From positions 1,248,001-1,312,000 of the forward strand of contig OZ244905.1 in NCBI GenBank assembly GCA_965221695.1: a stretch of 64,000 nucleotides of DNA, given 5' to 3'. The stretch is from Gammaproteobacteria bacterium (GTDB lineage: Bacteria; Pseudomonadota; Gammaproteobacteria; Eutrophobiales; Eutrophobiaceae). Shown one piece after another: positions 1 to 10,783 of the stretch. The position numbers were made by a program, and so were the translations under genes. Within the stretch, counting starts at the first letter, position 1; each line of letters opens with the position of its first letter. The notes under the pieces are model-generated. The model was not told the DNA's origin, did not search any database, and was given only the letters and a program-made list of their open reading frames with translations.

Positions 1-738
1 TTCACGCGGGCATGGCTCGAAGCCGGTTTTCGTTTCAAACGGATCTTCTTCGTAAACCTTGTAGTCGGCTGCACGCATCGTCTTGACAATCCGATCAGCA
101 ATCCTGTCCTTGCCAATATTGCGGAACGCACCAGCAAGACGGCCCGCAACTTTAGTGTGGCCGCCTTCCAGTAGAATTGCGAGCAGGTCCGATGCATCCT
201 GGACCATATAGAGGACCACACGCGCATCGGTCGGGTTCTGTTTGAATATGCCGGGGCCAGTTTCGACTAGCACAGAGGGAACCGAGAAAAGACGGAGACC
301 CCTTTTTTCTGTACTCTGCGCGGGATCCGGTAAGGCGGCGCGCAATTCAAATAACGAGGTGTCATAAGGCAGCGATAGTGGTTTATTACCACCCTTGAGC
401 GCTCGGACCAAAAGCTGTTGAGGAACTGTCCAGTTCCCGGCGTGCAGTGATAGTGACTGTTCCGGTGATAATGCCCATTGATTTCCGAAACGCTGTTCCA
501 GGTATGACGCACAAAAATCCCAAAAGGATGTATACCAGACCGTACTCTCTCCCGCTGCCTGATCCGGCCTCGCGGCGATGTACCAGCCTTTCATTACTTC
601 CTGGAGGAAACTGTTTTTGACGAGTCGCTCGCGGTGGGTTCGCGTTAAATCGCGGGACCGAATAGCAACAACACCTCGCTCCTGTATTTTGTGCAGGACA
701 TTAAGCGATTCAGCGAGTTTTTCTGAGGGGGTTGCCAT
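1..738 (-). CDS. Fic-family protein, N-terminal part (runs off the window edge; not in ORF track)
   Basis: Manual translation from ATG 738 gives MATPSEKLAESLNVLHKIQERGVVAIRSRDLTRTHRERLVKNSFLQEVMKGWYI...ESTVWYTSFWDFCASYLEQRFG. This matches my recollection of the N-terminus of long Fic-domain proteins. The catalytic Fic motif would lie outside the window. Confidence 0.7.
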   Translation of the reverse strand, partial: MATPSEKLAESLNVLHKIQERGVVAIRSRDLTRTHRERLVKNSFLQEVMKGWYIAARPDQAAGESTVWYTSFWDFCASYLEQRFGNQWALSPEQSLSLHAGNWTVPQQLLVRALKGGNKPLSLPYDTSLFELRAALPDPAQSTEKRGLRLFSVPSVLVETGPGIFKQNPTDARVVLYMVQDASDLLAILLEGGHTKVAGRLAGAFRNIGKDRIADRIVKTMRAADYKVYEEDPFETKTGFEPCPRE

Positions 739-826
739 GTCTTACTTTTTTAGGTTATTATGCTCTACATATATTAGGTTATCATGTTTTAAATGATTTA
801 GGGCTTCGTGTCTGTCAAAATTCAGT

Positions 827-853
827 GGACCTCTGAGATTAAGTCAGAGGTGC
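827..853. repeat. Isolated terminal hairpin of the 151-bp MITE family
   Basis: ggacctctgagattaagtcagaggtgc resembles the MITE end GGAACCTCTGATTAAGTCAGAGGTTCC and lies just past the stop of the oxygenase beta gene. Confidence 0.6.
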
Positions 854-856
854 AAC

Positions 857-1339
857 TTAGATGTACATCATGATGCTGTCCAGCGGTGTGTCTGCGTTGA
901 GCAGGTCGACCCGCTTGGACTTTATTTTCAGTCCGTCTCCTGTGCGTACCAGGCGCCAGGTGACGGTACCGGCGAATGTGTCCTGTTTGCGGTGGTGGAT
1001 GACGGCGATGATGCCGGCCTTGACGATGATGTCACCCGCCGGTCCCGACGACAGGTCGATTTCCGGTTCTGACAGGATACGCATTGAGCGTACTTCAAGC
1101 TGCATGGACGGCGATAACGGGTTGTGCAGGTTGTGCCGGCGCATCGCCATCAGGGCGCGGTTGTCGTAGATAAGGGAGTCGTGCTGTTCCGGATCGGTCT
1201 GCCCCCGTTCCAGGGGCATCCAGTAATAGCCGTCTTCCGTAAACAGCGAGATCCAGGTGTCGAGATCCGCGTCATTTAGGCAGCGGGTCTCAACGCGGAT
1301 CAGGTCTTTGATTTCTTGCTGTAATTTGCCAACTGCCAT
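857..1339 (-). CDS. Aromatic ring-hydroxylating oxygenase beta subunit
   Basis: NTF2-like pattern (E.R.L...D.D.W..LF.EDG.YWMP; KIK.KRVDLLN); starts immediately after the alpha-subunit stop. Confidence 0.9.
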   Translation of the reverse strand: MAVGKLQQEIKDLIRVETRCLNDADLDTWISLFTEDGYYWMPLERGQTDPEQHDSLIYDNRALMAMRRHNLHNPLSPSMQLEVRSMRILSEPEIDLSSGPAGDIIVKAGIIAVIHHRKQDTFAGTVTWRLVRTGDGLKIKSKRVDLLNADTPLDSIMMYI

Positions 1340-1340
1340 A

Positions 1341-2654
1341 TCAGGTCATGTAGTCAAGCCAGGCGGCATACTGGTTGCGCAGCGCCAGGTCGCTGGTGCC
1401 CGTGGCCCTGAGCCGTTCCCCGTCGCGGATTTCCCTGCCGAAATGGCGCTGCATGTCTACCCATTCTATCGCGCCGGCCTCGGCGCTCTCCTGGATCCGG
1501 ATATAACAGTCCAGGTCGTCCGGACCGACCATTGATGCCGGGGAGTTGATCAGGCGGGAATAGCGCAGGGTGCGTTCCAACATGTTCGGCGGTGCGCCTT
1601 TCAGCCTGAAAGTCCAGGATTCGATGACGGTCTCGTTGACCGAGACCGGTATGACCACACGCACGGACTGTATGTTGTCGCGTACCGTACAAGATGGGTA
1701 GATCAGACCGTTGTGGCGGTTGAACGACAGTATCTCCTTGACGCGCTCACTGCCGTAGGCCCGTTCCATTGCTTCCAGGTAATCGGGATAGACCTGGTAG
1801 TGGCTGAAAATACTGGTCGTGCCGCCCATGTAACCGTGCCCGCGCGGCAGTCCGACAAAACCCATATCGTCAAAAAAGTCATAGGAACCGCCGAACGGGG
1901 CTATCACTTCCGCTTCCGGCAGCGGGGCATCGTCTGGCGGAAGCTGTTCCTTGTATTGCCTTACTGCGTCAGTAGTGCCGGCATGGGCCACCATGGGATG
2001 CATCGCATCGTGCAGGTTCTCGATGAAGAACTTCCAGTTAACCGGATGGCGAAACCGGTGACAGGTTTTTCCCGTTACTTCCACTTCGCCTGCCGGCGCG
2101 CGGTCGACCATGTTATCAATCGTGTCGCGCATATCGCCGAGGAAATCCGGCAGGTCAGAGCCTGTTGCGGACAGTGACGCAAACACAAACCCGCGATATT
2201 GTCCGCACCGGGGAACCCGGGGCATGCCGAATTCTGCCGCGTTGCGGTCGAAACCCACATCCCTATAGCCGGCGGGACTTGGCTGTGAACGCAATGTGCC
2301 GTCGGTACGGTAGGTCCAGCCGTGATAGGGGCATTTGAATAGTTTGCCCACGTGGCCGGCGCGTGCCTGGCAGACCTGGGCGCCCCGGTGCCCGCAACGG
2401 TTCACCAGTACATTAATATCTTTGCCATTCATGTCCCTGACCATGATGACGGGGGTCAGGCCAATGGTCGTGGTGATATAATCACCGGCGGACCTAACCT
2501 GGCTTTCATGGCCGACATAGATCCAGGCTCGTCCCCAGATACGCGCTATTTCCAGTCTGAAAATCTCTTCCTTGACGTAAACGTCACGGTGTACGCGGGC
2601 CGGATCGACGAGTGACTTCAGAACGTCTGGACTGTCGTAGGAATCAGGTTGCAT
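1341..2654 (-). CDS. Rieske aromatic ring-hydroxylating oxygenase alpha subunit
   Basis: Rieske motif CGHRG...CPYHGW; mononuclear iron motif NWK..IEN..D..H....H. Confidence 0.93.
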   Translation of the reverse strand: MQPDSYDSPDVLKSLVDPARVHRDVYVKEEIFRLEIARIWGRAWIYVGHESQVRSAGDYITTTIGLTPVIMVRDMNGKDINVLVNRCGHRGAQVCQARAGHVGKLFKCPYHGWTYRTDGTLRSQPSPAGYRDVGFDRNAAEFGMPRVPRCGQYRGFVFASLSATGSDLPDFLGDMRDTIDNMVDRAPAGEVEVTGKTCHRFRHPVNWKFFIENLHDAMHPMVAHAGTTDAVRQYKEQLPPDDAPLPEAEVIAPFGGSYDFFDDMGFVGLPRGHGYMGGTTSIFSHYQVYPDYLEAMERAYGSERVKEILSFNRHNGLIYPSCTVRDNIQSVRVVIPVSVNETVIESWTFRLKGAPPNMLERTLRYSRLINSPASMVGPDDLDCYIRIQESAEAGAIEWVDMQRHFGREIRDGERLRATGTSDLALRNQYAAWLDYMT

Positions 2655-2685
2655 GCCTGACAGGTTACCAGAATTAGCGGGACGC

Positions 2686-2717
2686 CCAAAACAAAAAGCC
2701 GGACGATGTCCGGCTTT
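2686..2717 (-). terminator. Rho-independent terminator of the alpha operon
   Basis: Stem aaagccggac-gat-gtccggcttt followed by a U-tract on the minus strand, downstream of rplQ. Confidence 0.8.
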
Positions 2718-2752
2718 GAATTGATACAGCTTTTGTTATTATTATTATTTGA

Positions 2753-2903
2753 GGAAGCTCTGAACAAGTCTATCCTGGACTTGTCAGAGCACGCAAAACA
2801 AAAATGCGATTTTTGTTGTGCTCTCAAATTCAATGACTTATCGTCATCGAATTTGGCAATACATCCCTGTATCGCAGGAAACTCTGATTTAATCAGAGTT
2901 TCC
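2753..2903. mobile_element. 151-bp MITE, copy 1 (target duplication TTGA)
   Basis: Imperfect terminal inverted repeats GGAAGCTCTGAACAAGTC / GATTTAATCAGAGTTTCC; TTGA at both 2749-2752 and 2904-2907; homologous to copies at 47317 and 60384. Confidence 0.85.
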
Positions 2904-2907
2904 TTGA

Positions 2908-3306
2908 TCAACTTTCCGTGTCGTTGTTATTTTCTTCCGAGGTCGGTATGGGCCGGTCAACCAGCTCCACAATGGCCATCGGCGCTTTGTCGCCGACTCT
3001 GTAACCACATTTCAGTATGCGCAGGTAACCGCCCGGCCTGCTTTTGTAACGCGGCCCCAGTTCGTTAAACAGTTTTGTCACTGTGGGCCTGTCGCGCAGG
3101 CGCGAGAATGCGAGCCTGCGTCTGGCTACGGAATCGGTTTTTGCGAGCGTAATTAATGGTTCGGCCACCCGGCGCAGTTCCTTCGCTTTGGCCAGGGTGG
3201 TCTTGATCACTTCGTGGCGCACCAACGATGCGGCCATGTTGCGAAACATGGCTTTGCGGTGACTGCTGTTCCGGTTCAGTTTCCGACCACTTTCTCTATG
3301 ACGCAT
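2908..3306 (-). CDS. rplQ: 50S ribosomal protein L17
   Basis: [25 protein letters not shown]. Confidence 0.99.
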   Translation of the reverse strand: MRHRESGRKLNRNSSHRKAMFRNMAASLVRHEVIKTTLAKAKELRRVAEPLITLAKTDSVARRRLAFSRLRDRPTVTKLFNELGPRYKSRPGGYLRILKCGYRVGDKAPMAIVELVDRPIPTSEENNNDTES

Positions 3307-3324
3307 AGCTATACTCTGTTGCGA

Positions 3325-4341
3325 TTAGTGTGAGAGGGCCGACAGTTCCCTTTCCTCGTACAGATCGGAAGGGGGCCAGTTTTCCAGTCTCATACCAAGC
3401 GAAAGTCCGCGGGAAGCAAGCACGTCCTTAATCTCGGTCAGGGATTTCTTGCCAAGGTTCGGAGTCTTTAATAATTCCATTTCAGTTCGCTGGATCAGGT
3501 CGCCAATGTAGTAGATGCTTTCCGCCTTCAGACAGTTTGCTGATCGCACCGTAAGTTCCAGATCATCGACAGGACGCAGCAGGATGGGATCTATTTCCGG
3601 CTCGTCAGAAACTATCGGGGCTTCATGTGCTTGCTCGGCTTCCAGGTCAACAAAAATGGATAACTGGTTGCGTAGGATCAGAGCCGCTTCACGGATGGCT
3701 TGTTCCGGATCGATAGCGCCGTTGGTTTCCACTTCCAGGATCAGTTTATCCAGATCTGTCTGCTGTTCCACACGGGCGCTCTGCACATCGTAGGAAACGC
3801 GTTTTATTGGACTGAAGGATGCGTCCAGTTTCAGCCGACCTATACTCTGCGCGATATCTTCATCCGGGCTGCCGACTACGACCGGGCGATAACCGCGCCC
3901 GCGCTCTACGATTATGCTCATATTCAATTCGCCGGCGCGGGTGAGATGAGCGATCAAGTGCTCCGGATTTGCAATCTCCACATCGTGGTCCAGCTTGATG
4001 TCACTCGCCCTGACTTCTCCCGGTCCGGTCTTGTTTAAAGACAAAGTGGCATCATCTTTGGCGTTTAAGTTGATTGCCAGGTCTTTCAGGTTCAGCAGGA
4101 TATCCGTAACATCCTCGTGCACACCGTCGATGGTTGTGTACTCATGCAGCACACCTTCGATTTCTACTTCGGTTATTGCGCAACCGGACATGGATGACAA
4201 TAAAACCCGACGCAGGGCATTGCCCAGGGTATGGCCAAAACCGCGATTCAGCGGCTCTATGGTAATTTTCGCTAATGTCGCGCTGATATTTTCCACATCA
4301 ACCCGGCGCGGCTTCAATAATTCACTGAATGTAGAGGGCAT
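3325..4341 (-). CDS. rpoA: RNA polymerase alpha subunit
   Basis: [18 protein letters not shown]; [12 protein letters not shown]. Confidence 0.99.
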   Translation of the reverse strand: MPSTFSELLKPRRVDVENISATLAKITIEPLNRGFGHTLGNALRRVLLSSMSGCAITEVEIEGVLHEYTTIDGVHEDVTDILLNLKDLAINLNAKDDATLSLNKTGPGEVRASDIKLDHDVEIANPEHLIAHLTRAGELNMSIIVERGRGYRPVVVGSPDEDIAQSIGRLKLDASFSPIKRVSYDVQSARVEQQTDLDKLILEVETNGAIDPEQAIREAALILRNQLSIFVDLEAEQAHEAPIVSDEPEIDPILLRPVDDLELTVRSANCLKAESIYYIGDLIQRTEMELLKTPNLGKKSLTEIKDVLASRGLSLGMRLENWPPSDLYEERELSALSH

Positions 4342-4359
4342 ATATTGTTCCTGTATCTG

Positions 4360-4980
4360 CTACTTGGAATAAAGTTCTACGACTAACTGTTCGTTTATAT
4401 CCGACGGCAATTCACTGCGCTCTGGCATGGATTTGAATGTTCCCTCCATCTTCTTGGCGTCAACCTCGACCCATTCGGGAAACCCGATCTGTTCCGCAAC
4501 GTTGAGCGCATCCTGGACACGCAGTTGATTCTTGCTTTTTTCCCTTATCTCGACCTTATCTTCAGGTTTGACCTGATATGACGGAATGTTTACCGACTGT
4601 CCGTTCACCAGCACTGATTTATGGCTCACCAGTTGCCTGGCTTCGTTGCGCGTGCAGCCAAACCCCATCCTGAACACCACATTGTCCAAGCGGCACTCGA
4701 GAATCTGCAACAGGTTCTCGCCGGTTGAACCTCGGCGCCGAACCGCTTCTTTATAATAGCGGCGGAACTGCTTTTCCAGCACTCCGTAGATGCGCCGCAG
4801 TTTCTGTTTTTCTCTGAGCTGTACCGCGTAATCCGACAGCCTTTTAGACCTGACCCCTTGCTCTCCGGGCGGCTTGTCAATCTGGCATTTGGATTCAATA
4901 GGCCGGGCGCGGCTTTTCAGAAACAAGTCAACGCCTTCGCGCCGACTCAGCTTGCATTTTGGTCCAAGGTAACGAGCCAT
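4360..4980 (-). CDS. rpsD: 30S ribosomal protein S4
   Basis: [16 protein letters not shown]; [14 protein letters not shown]. Confidence 0.99.
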   Translation of the reverse strand: MARYLGPKCKLSRREGVDLFLKSRARPIESKCQIDKPPGEQGVRSKRLSDYAVQLREKQKLRRIYGVLEKQFRRYYKEAVRRRGSTGENLLQILECRLDNVVFRMGFGCTRNEARQLVSHKSVLVNGQSVNIPSYQVKPEDKVEIREKSKNQLRVQDALNVAEQIGFPEWVEVDAKKMEGTFKSMPERSELPSDINEQLVVELYSK

Positions 4981-5366
4981 CAGACGCGCCTTTTTTTCGG
5001 TGGACGGCAGCCATTATGGGGAATAGGCGTTACGTCGGTGATATTGGTGATTTTGTAACCCAATGCGTTCAGCGCGCGCACTGCCGACTCACGCCCTGGC
5101 CCCGGACCTTTGATGTTCACATCCAGGTTCTTCACGCCGAAGTCCTTTACTACTTCGCCAACCTTTTGCGCAGCGACCTGGGCCGCAAAGGGCGTACTTT
5201 TCCGTGACCCGCGAAAGCCGCTGCCGCCGGCCGTGGCCCAGGCAAGGGTATTGCCTTGCCGATCGGTAATATTGATGATGGTATTGTTGAAAGACGCGTG
5301 GACATGCGCGATGCCGTCCACTACCGTTTTCTTGACCTTTTTTCTGGCGCTTCTCGGTTTAGCCAT
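4980..5366 (-). CDS. rpsK: 30S ribosomal protein S11
   Basis: HASFNNT; [18 protein letters not shown]. Confidence 0.99.
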   Translation of the reverse strand: MAKPRSARKKVKKTVVDGIAHVHASFNNTIINITDRQGNTLAWATAGGSGFRGSRKSTPFAAQVAAQKVGEVVKDFGVKNLDVNIKGPGPGRESAVRALNALGYKITNITDVTPIPHNGCRPPKKRRV

Positions 5367-5382
5367 TCACTTTCTCTTCGTG

Positions 5383-5739
5383 TTATTTTTTGATGATACG
5401 GCGCGGTCCTTTGCGCGTTCTCGCGTTGGTGCGGGTGCGCTGGCCGCGCAAAGGCAATCCGCGACGATGGCGGATACCCCGGTACGCTCCCAAGTCCATC
5501 AGCCGCTTAATGTTCATGGATACGTCTCTGCGCAAATCACCTTCCAATTCATATTTCGTGACTGCTGCGCGCAATAAATCCAACTGGTCTTCACTGAGCG
5601 CAGAGACCTTGACATCAGGCGCTATGCCTGCAGCGGAACAGATCTTTTGAGCCGTTGTATTGCCTATACCGTAGATATGAGTCAACGATATGCCAACATG
5701 CTTTTGATCAGGAATATTGATGCCTGCTATACGAGCCAT
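5383..5739 (-). CDS. rpsM: 30S ribosomal protein S13
   Basis: [10 protein letters not shown]; [14 protein letters not shown]. Confidence 0.99.
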   Translation of the reverse strand: MARIAGINIPDQKHVGISLTHIYGIGNTTAQKICSAAGIAPDVKVSALSEDQLDLLRAAVTKYELEGDLRRDVSMNIKRLMDLGAYRGIRHRRGLPLRGQRTRTNARTRKGPRRIIKK

Positions 5740-5830
5740 AGGTTTTCTCTCTCATGCATTTTCCGACATGGTAACGGGATTGAATTCAATCCCCGAATGA
5801 TCCCGACAGAGTCTTGTGGCGCCATGCAGG

Positions 5831-5944
5831 TCACCCCTGCCTCTGCTTGTGACGCGGGTCCGAGCAAATCACCCAAACACGGCCCCGCCTGCGAATTATG
5901 CGGCAGTTACGGCAGATCTTTTTTACCGAAGCTCTGACTTTCAT
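5831..5944 (-). CDS. rpmJ: 50S ribosomal protein L36, Zn-binding form (below the ORF-track cutoff)
   Basis: Manual translation [37 protein letters not shown], located between secY and rpsM. Confidence 0.98.
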   Translation of the reverse strand: MKVRASVKKICRNCRIIRRRGRVWVICSDPRHKQRQG

Positions 5945-5956
5945 TTCACTCTCCCG

Positions 5957-7303
5957 TTACGCACGTCGGCCGTGGCTTTTCAGATTCGCTTTCTTCAAAG
6001 CGCCTTCATACTGATGTGACATCAGGTGCGCCTGGATTTGTGCCATAAAGTCCATAACCACCACCACGATGATCAATAATGAGGTCCCGCCGAAATAAAA
6101 CGGCACGTTGTACTGCAGGATCAGGAACTCCGGCAGCAGGCACACAAAAGTGATGTAGATAGCGCCGACCATGGTCAGTTTCGTCAATACCCCATCCAGA
6201 TAGCGGGCTGTTTGTTCTCCGGGTCTCATACCGGGAATGAATGCGCCTGATTTTTTCAGGTTATCCGCGGTTTCCCTGGGATCAAACACGATGGCAGTGT
6301 AGAAGAAGCAAAAGAAAATGATGCCCGCAGCATAAAATGCCACATAGATGGGCTGCCCCGGTTGAAGCAGGGTCGCCAGGTCCTGTAACCAGCGCATTTC
6401 CCGAGCCTGGCCCGCCCAGCTTGCCAGGGTGCCGGGGAACAGTATCAGGCTGGAGGCGAATATCGGGGGAATGACGCCCGCCATATTCAGTTTTAAGGGC
6501 AGGTGGCTGGACTGGCCCGCGTACATCTTCCGTCCGACCTGGCGCTGGGCATAGTTCACGGTTATCCTGCGCTGCCCGCGTTCGACAAATACGACAAAAC
6601 CTGTGACGGCAATAGCCAGGGCAAACAGGGTAAAAACCATAATCAGGTGCAGCTCGCCGGTGCGTGACAGTTCCAAGGTGCCGCCGACCGCGGCCGGCAG
6701 CCCTGCGACGATGCCTGCAAAAATGATCAGAGAGATGCCGTTGCCCACGCCCCGCTCGGTAATCTGTTCCCCCAACCACATCAGAAACATGGTTCCGGTT
6801 ACCAATGTGGTCACCGCGGTGACGCGAAAACCTATGCCCGGGTCGATCACGACAGACCCCCCCATGACTTGCTGGCTTTCCAGGGCCAACGACACGCCCA
6901 AGGCCTGGAACGTGGCCAGCAACACCGTCCCGTAGCGCGTGTATTGGGTAATCCTGCGCCGTCCTGATTCGCCTTCCCGGCGCAACTGCTTCAGGCGCGG
7001 GTCCACGAATGACAATATCTGCATGATGATTGAAGCCGATATGTAGGGCATGATGCCAAGGGCAACTACCGACAGGCGTTCCAGCGCGCCGCCGGAAAAC
7101 ATGTTGAACATATCAAGGATAGTGCCCCGTTGCTGCTCAAACAGTTGCGCCAGCGCATCCGGGTTAATCCCCGGAACGGGTATGAACGTGCAGATCCGGT
7201 AAATAAACAGAGCAAACAGGACAAAAAGCAGGCGCCGGCGCAACTCCGTCACCTGGGTCAATCCGGCCAGTCCGCCCGGTATTGCAGGATTTTTTGCCGC
7301 CAT
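5957..7303 (-). CDS. secY: Preprotein translocase SecY
   Basis: [13 protein letters not shown]; [14 protein letters not shown]; [12 protein letters not shown]. Confidence 0.99.
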   Translation of the reverse strand: MAAKNPAIPGGLAGLTQVTELRRRLLFVLFALFIYRICTFIPVPGINPDALAQLFEQQRGTILDMFNMFSGGALERLSVVALGIMPYISASIIMQILSFVDPRLKQLRREGESGRRRITQYTRYGTVLLATFQALGVSLALESQQVMGGSVVIDPGIGFRVTAVTTLVTGTMFLMWLGEQITERGVGNGISLIIFAGIVAGLPAAVGGTLELSRTGELHLIMVFTLFALAIAVTGFVVFVERGQRRITVNYAQRQVGRKMYAGQSSHLPLKLNMAGVIPPIFASSLILFPGTLASWAGQAREMRWLQDLATLLQPGQPIYVAFYAAGIIFFCFFYTAIVFDPRETADNLKKSGAFIPGMRPGEQTARYLDGVLTKLTMVGAIYITFVCLLPEFLILQYNVPFYFGGTSLLIIVVVVMDFMAQIQAHLMSHQYEGALKKANLKSHGRRA

Positions 7304-7315
7304 GCGCCGAACTCC

Positions 7316-7750
7316 CTACTCTTCGAACTTCCCGCCGGCTGCCTCAATGGCAGCCCGCGCCCCTTTTGTGGCCCGCAATCCTTTGATGGTCACCGCTTTG
7401 TCGATTGTCCCGCCAGCTATGATTTTCACCCGCTTGATTTTTCCGGAGATCAGACCGGCTTGCCGCAATGCGTTCAAATCGATGACCCCGTCGCCGGCCT
7501 GTTCCAGCTCAGCGAGGCGGATTTCATCGGTGATTCGGGCCAGATAGGACCGGAACCCGACCTTGGGGAGACGTCGCTGCAAGGGCATCTGCCCACCTTC
7601 AAAGCCCACCTTATGGTATCCGCCTGAGCGCGACTTCTGGCCTTTGTGACCACGACCCGCAGTCTTGCCGTTGCCGGATCCGATGCCTCGTCCTACCCGT
7701 TTTGCAGCGCGCTTGGAACCGCTAGCAGGTTTAATCGTATTAAGTCGCAT
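7316..7750 (-). CDS. rplO: 50S ribosomal protein L15
   Basis: [24 protein letters not shown]. Confidence 0.99.
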   Translation of the reverse strand: MRLNTIKPASGSKRAAKRVGRGIGSGNGKTAGRGHKGQKSRSGGYHKVGFEGGQMPLQRRLPKVGFRSYLARITDEIRLAELEQAGDGVIDLNALRQAGLISGKIKRVKIIAGGTIDKAVTIKGLRATKGARAAIEAAGGKFEE

Positions 7751-7768
7751 ATTGACGCCCGTATTGCC

Positions 7769-7960
7769 TCAGATTTCATCCACAGCGAGTAAATAGGCCA
7801 CTTTATCGATCATACCGCGGTTTTCCGGGTTATCAGCCACCGTTACCGAATGGCCTATGCGGCGCAACCCCAGCCCCGCAACACAGGCTTTGTGTTTTGC
7901 GGTCCTGCGATTGACGCTGCGTTTCAGCGTGACCTTAAGCTGTTTCGTTTTTCTTGTCAT
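7769..7960 (-). CDS. rpmD: 50S ribosomal protein L30
   Basis: [17 protein letters not shown]; operon position. Confidence 0.98.
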   Translation of the reverse strand: MTRKTKQLKVTLKRSVNRRTAKHKACVAGLGLRRIGHSVTVADNPENRGMIDKVAYLLAVDEI

Positions 7961-8469
7961 GATTTACCGGTAATTTCCTCTAACGGTTTACCGCGTTTTG
8001 CCGCAAAATATTCCGGTTCCGATATCGAACGCAGACCTTGCATCGTCGAGCGAACCACGTTAATCGGATTGGTCGAACCGGTACATTTCGCCAACACATT
8101 ATGGATGCCGGCGCATTCGAACACCGCCCGCATGGCGCCGCCGGCAATGATGCCAGTGCCTTCGGATGCGGGTTGCATGTACACCCGGGCAGCGCCGTGC
8201 CGCGCGCTCACCGCGTAATGCAGGGTATCGCCGTTAAGCGGGATGCTGATCATGTTCCGGCGCGCTTTTTCCATCGCCTTCTGTATCGCCATCGGCACCT
8301 CGCGAGCTTTGCCGCGACCGAAGCCAACCTTGCCGTTGCCATCGCCAACCACGGTCAACGCGGTAAAACCGAATATACGTCCGCCCTTGACGACCTTGGC
8401 CACCCGGTTGACCGCAACCAGTTTCTCCAGTAAGTCTTCGTTTCCAGTAATGGATTCTGCTACTGCCAT
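7957..8469 (-). CDS. rpsE: 30S ribosomal protein S5
   Basis: [12 protein letters not shown]; GTGIIAGG. Confidence 0.99.
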   Translation of the reverse strand: MAVAESITGNEDLLEKLVAVNRVAKVVKGGRIFGFTALTVVGDGNGKVGFGRGKAREVPMAIQKAMEKARRNMISIPLNGDTLHYAVSARHGAARVYMQPASEGTGIIAGGAMRAVFECAGIHNVLAKCTGSTNPINVVRSTMQGLRSISEPEYFAAKRGKPLEEITGKS

Positions 8470-8491
8470 GCTGATTCTCTCTCTTCGCCTG

Positions 8492-8845
8492 TCAGAATTT
8501 CATGCCTTTCGCCCTGGCTGCGTCCGCCAGCGCTTTTACCCTGCCGTGGAACTTGAAGCCGGAACGGTCAAAAGCAACTACGCTGATACCGGCCTTCAGG
8601 GCGCGTTCCGCAACCACCTGGCCCACTACATCGGCAGCTTCTTTGTTGCCGCCGCTTTTGACCTTGGCGCGTATTTCCTTGTCCAGGGTAGACGCGCTTA
8701 CCAGCACTTCAGCGCCGCTCGGCGCGATCACCTGCGCATAGATATGCCTGGTTGTGCGGAATACGCACAGGCGGTTCACGCCCTTCGACTTGATGCGCCT
8801 GCGTGACTTTACCGCTCTCCTTAACCTTGCTGTCTTCTTTTTCAT
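8492..8845 (-). CDS. rplR: 50S ribosomal protein L18
   Basis: [20 protein letters not shown]. Confidence 0.99.
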   Translation of the reverse strand: MKKKTARLRRAVKSRRRIKSKGVNRLCVFRTTRHIYAQVIAPSGAEVLVSASTLDKEIRAKVKSGGNKEAADVVGQVVAERALKAGISVVAFDRSGFKFHGRVKALADAARAKGMKF

Positions 8846-8860
8846 ACGGGTTAATCCGAA

Positions 8861-9394
8861 TCAAGCCTTCTTCGCTTCTTTGCGCAGGACCTGTTCATCA
8901 GCGTAACGCACACCCTTCCCCTTATAAGGCTCAGGCGGCCGGTAACTGCGCAGGTTCGCGGCCACCTGACCGACCTTCTGCTTATCAGCTCCGCTCACCA
9001 CGATCTGGGTCTGGCTGGGAGTTTCAATGGTGATTCCGGCGGGAACATCCAGTTCCACCGGATGGGAAAACCCAAGGGACAGGCTGATACTACCCGGGTT
9101 TGCCTGCGCCCGATACCCTATGCCGGTGATCTCGAGCTTTATCTCAAAACCTTCTGACACGCCAGTGACCATATTCTGCATAATCGCTCTTGTCGTCCCG
9201 GCCAGGGACCGGGCTGTTTTGGAACTATCCTTTGCCGAGAACTTCAGCAGTTTGCCGTCCTGTTCCATATTCACCAGCGCGTGTAGCGTATGGGTCAGTT
9301 CGCCTTTTCCACCCTTGATACTCACCTGTTCGCCGTTCATGTTGACTTCAACATTGTCCGGGACGGTTATCGGATTGTTGGCTATTCTCGACAT
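8861..9394 (-). CDS. rplF: 50S ribosomal protein L6
   Basis: RPPEPYKGKGVRY. Confidence 0.99.
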   Translation of the reverse strand: MSRIANNPITVPDNVEVNMNGEQVSIKGGKGELTHTLHALVNMEQDGKLLKFSAKDSSKTARSLAGTTRAIMQNMVTGVSEGFEIKLEITGIGYRAQANPGSISLSLGFSHPVELDVPAGITIETPSQTQIVVSGADKQKVGQVAANLRSYRPPEPYKGKGVRYADEQVLRKEAKKA

Positions 9395-9473
9395 GTTTTA
9401 TCTCAGCATGGATAATGTGCAATATCTCTATCTGTTGTTGTCTTTCTCTAGGCGGTCCGGCGTAATATCCGGT

Positions 9474-9869
9474 CTAAGCCACGATGCAGATAACCTCGCC
9501 GCCAATTCCCAACTGCCTGGCGCTCCTGTCCGTCATAACGCCTTTAGATGTGGAGATGATAGCCGTGCCCAAGCCCCCATATACCCGGGGCAACTTGTCA
9601 CAGGAACTGTAACGGCGCAAACCGGGCGAACTCACGCGCTGCAACATCTCGATCACGGGCTTGCCCTCAAAATATTTCAGTTGCACAGTCAGCACCGGCT
9701 TGGCCTGATCGTCGCTCGCGCTAAAGTTGGCAATATAGCCCTCTTCGTGCAGAATTTTGGCAACGGCCAGTTTCAACTTTGACGAAGGCATACTGACTTC
9801 CCGCTTCAGCCTCTCCTGGGCGTTGCGCACCCGGGTCAGCATGTCTGCTACTTGATCCTGTAAACTCAT
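9474..9869 (-). CDS. rpsH: 30S ribosomal protein S8
   Basis: [11 protein letters not shown]; STSKGVMTD; GGEVIC. Confidence 0.99.
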   Translation of the reverse strand: MSLQDQVADMLTRVRNAQERLKREVSMPSSKLKLAVAKILHEEGYIANFSASDDQAKPVLTVQLKYFEGKPVIEMLQRVSSPGLRRYSSCDKLPRVYGGLGTAIISTSKGVMTDRSARQLGIGGEVICIVA

Positions 9870-9896
9870 CTCATATTTGCTCTTTGTGTCGGCAAC

Positions 9897-10202
9897 TTAC
9901 CAACTTGCCTTGACCAGACCGGGTACATCGCCGCGCATGGCCGCCTCGCGCAACATGTTCCTACCCAGTCCGAATTTACGGTAATACCCGTTCGGCCGCC
10001 CCGTTAAGCTGCACCGATTCCTTAACCGGGAGGGGCTAGAATCTCTGGGCATTTTATTCAGTTTTATCCTGGCCTCCTTGCGTTCTTGCGAGGTCAACGA
10101 CATATCTTTGATAATGCGTTTTAAAGCCGCGCGTTTTTCTGCGTATTTTTCAACCAGCCGCTCCCTTTTGCGTTCCCGGTTAACCATTGATCTTTTTGCC
10201 AT
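9897..10202 (-). CDS. rpsN: 30S ribosomal protein S14 (long, non-Zn form)
   Basis: [18 protein letters not shown]; PGLVKASW. Confidence 0.99.
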   Translation of the reverse strand: MAKRSMVNRERKRERLVEKYAEKRAALKRIIKDMSLTSQERKEARIKLNKMPRDSSPSRLRNRCSLTGRPNGYYRKFGLGRNMLREAAMRGDVPGLVKASW

Positions 10203-10229
10203 AAATCTGTTCTGCCTTGTGTGGGCGGG

Positions 10230-10769
10230 TTAACTCCTAAGCGGAAAATTAAATGCCTGTAGCAAGGCCTTTGCCTCCTCGTCGGTGTTTGCCGAAGTTG
10301 TAATCGTTATGTCCAGACCGCGCAACGTATCAATCTTGTCATAATCGATTTCAGGAAAAATGATCTGTTCCTTAACGCCCAGGCTGTAATTACCGCGCCC
10401 GTCAAATGACCGCGGGTTCAAGCCGCGAAAATCCCTGATCCTGGGAATTGCTATTGAAATAAGCCGATCCAGGAACTCATACATGCGATCACGGCGCAGC
10501 GTGACCATGCAACCGTTTGGAAAACCCTTTCTGACCTTGAAGTTCGCCACGGACTTCCTGGCCTTAATCAGTATCGGTTTCTGCCCGGCGATACGCGCCA
10601 TGTCATCCAGCGCATGTTCAATCATTTTTTTATCGGTCATCGCCTTGCCTAATCCCATGTTCAAGGTGATCTTGGTTATCTTTGGCGCCTGCATCGGCGA
10701 TGTATAGCCAAATTGTTCCATCAGTTGCGGGGCAACTGTGTTCCGATAATGTTCTTTAAATCTTGACAT
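10230..10769 (-). CDS. rplE: 50S ribosomal protein L5
   Basis: PRIRDFRG; [10 protein letters not shown]; start placed at ATG 10769 (MSRFKEHY). Confidence 0.98.
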   Translation of the reverse strand: MSRFKEHYRNTVAPQLMEQFGYTSPMQAPKITKITLNMGLGKAMTDKKMIEHALDDMARIAGQKPILIKARKSVANFKVRKGFPNGCMVTLRRDRMYEFLDRLISIAIPRIRDFRGLNPRSFDGRGNYSLGVKEQIIFPEIDYDKIDTLRGLDITITTSANTDEEAKALLQAFNFPLRS

Positions 10770-10783
10770 TCTGAGAACGCCGC

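Noticed and set aside
2618-3068. Similar small ORFs at 2618/2706, 47299, 59979 and 60256 (LNKSILDLSE...)
   Set aside because: They are translations of the non-coding 151-bp MITE, not a protein family.
9897-10202. Zn-free S14 alongside Zn-binding L36 as a zinc-adaptation signal
   Set aside because: This combination is the normal state in Gammaproteobacteria.
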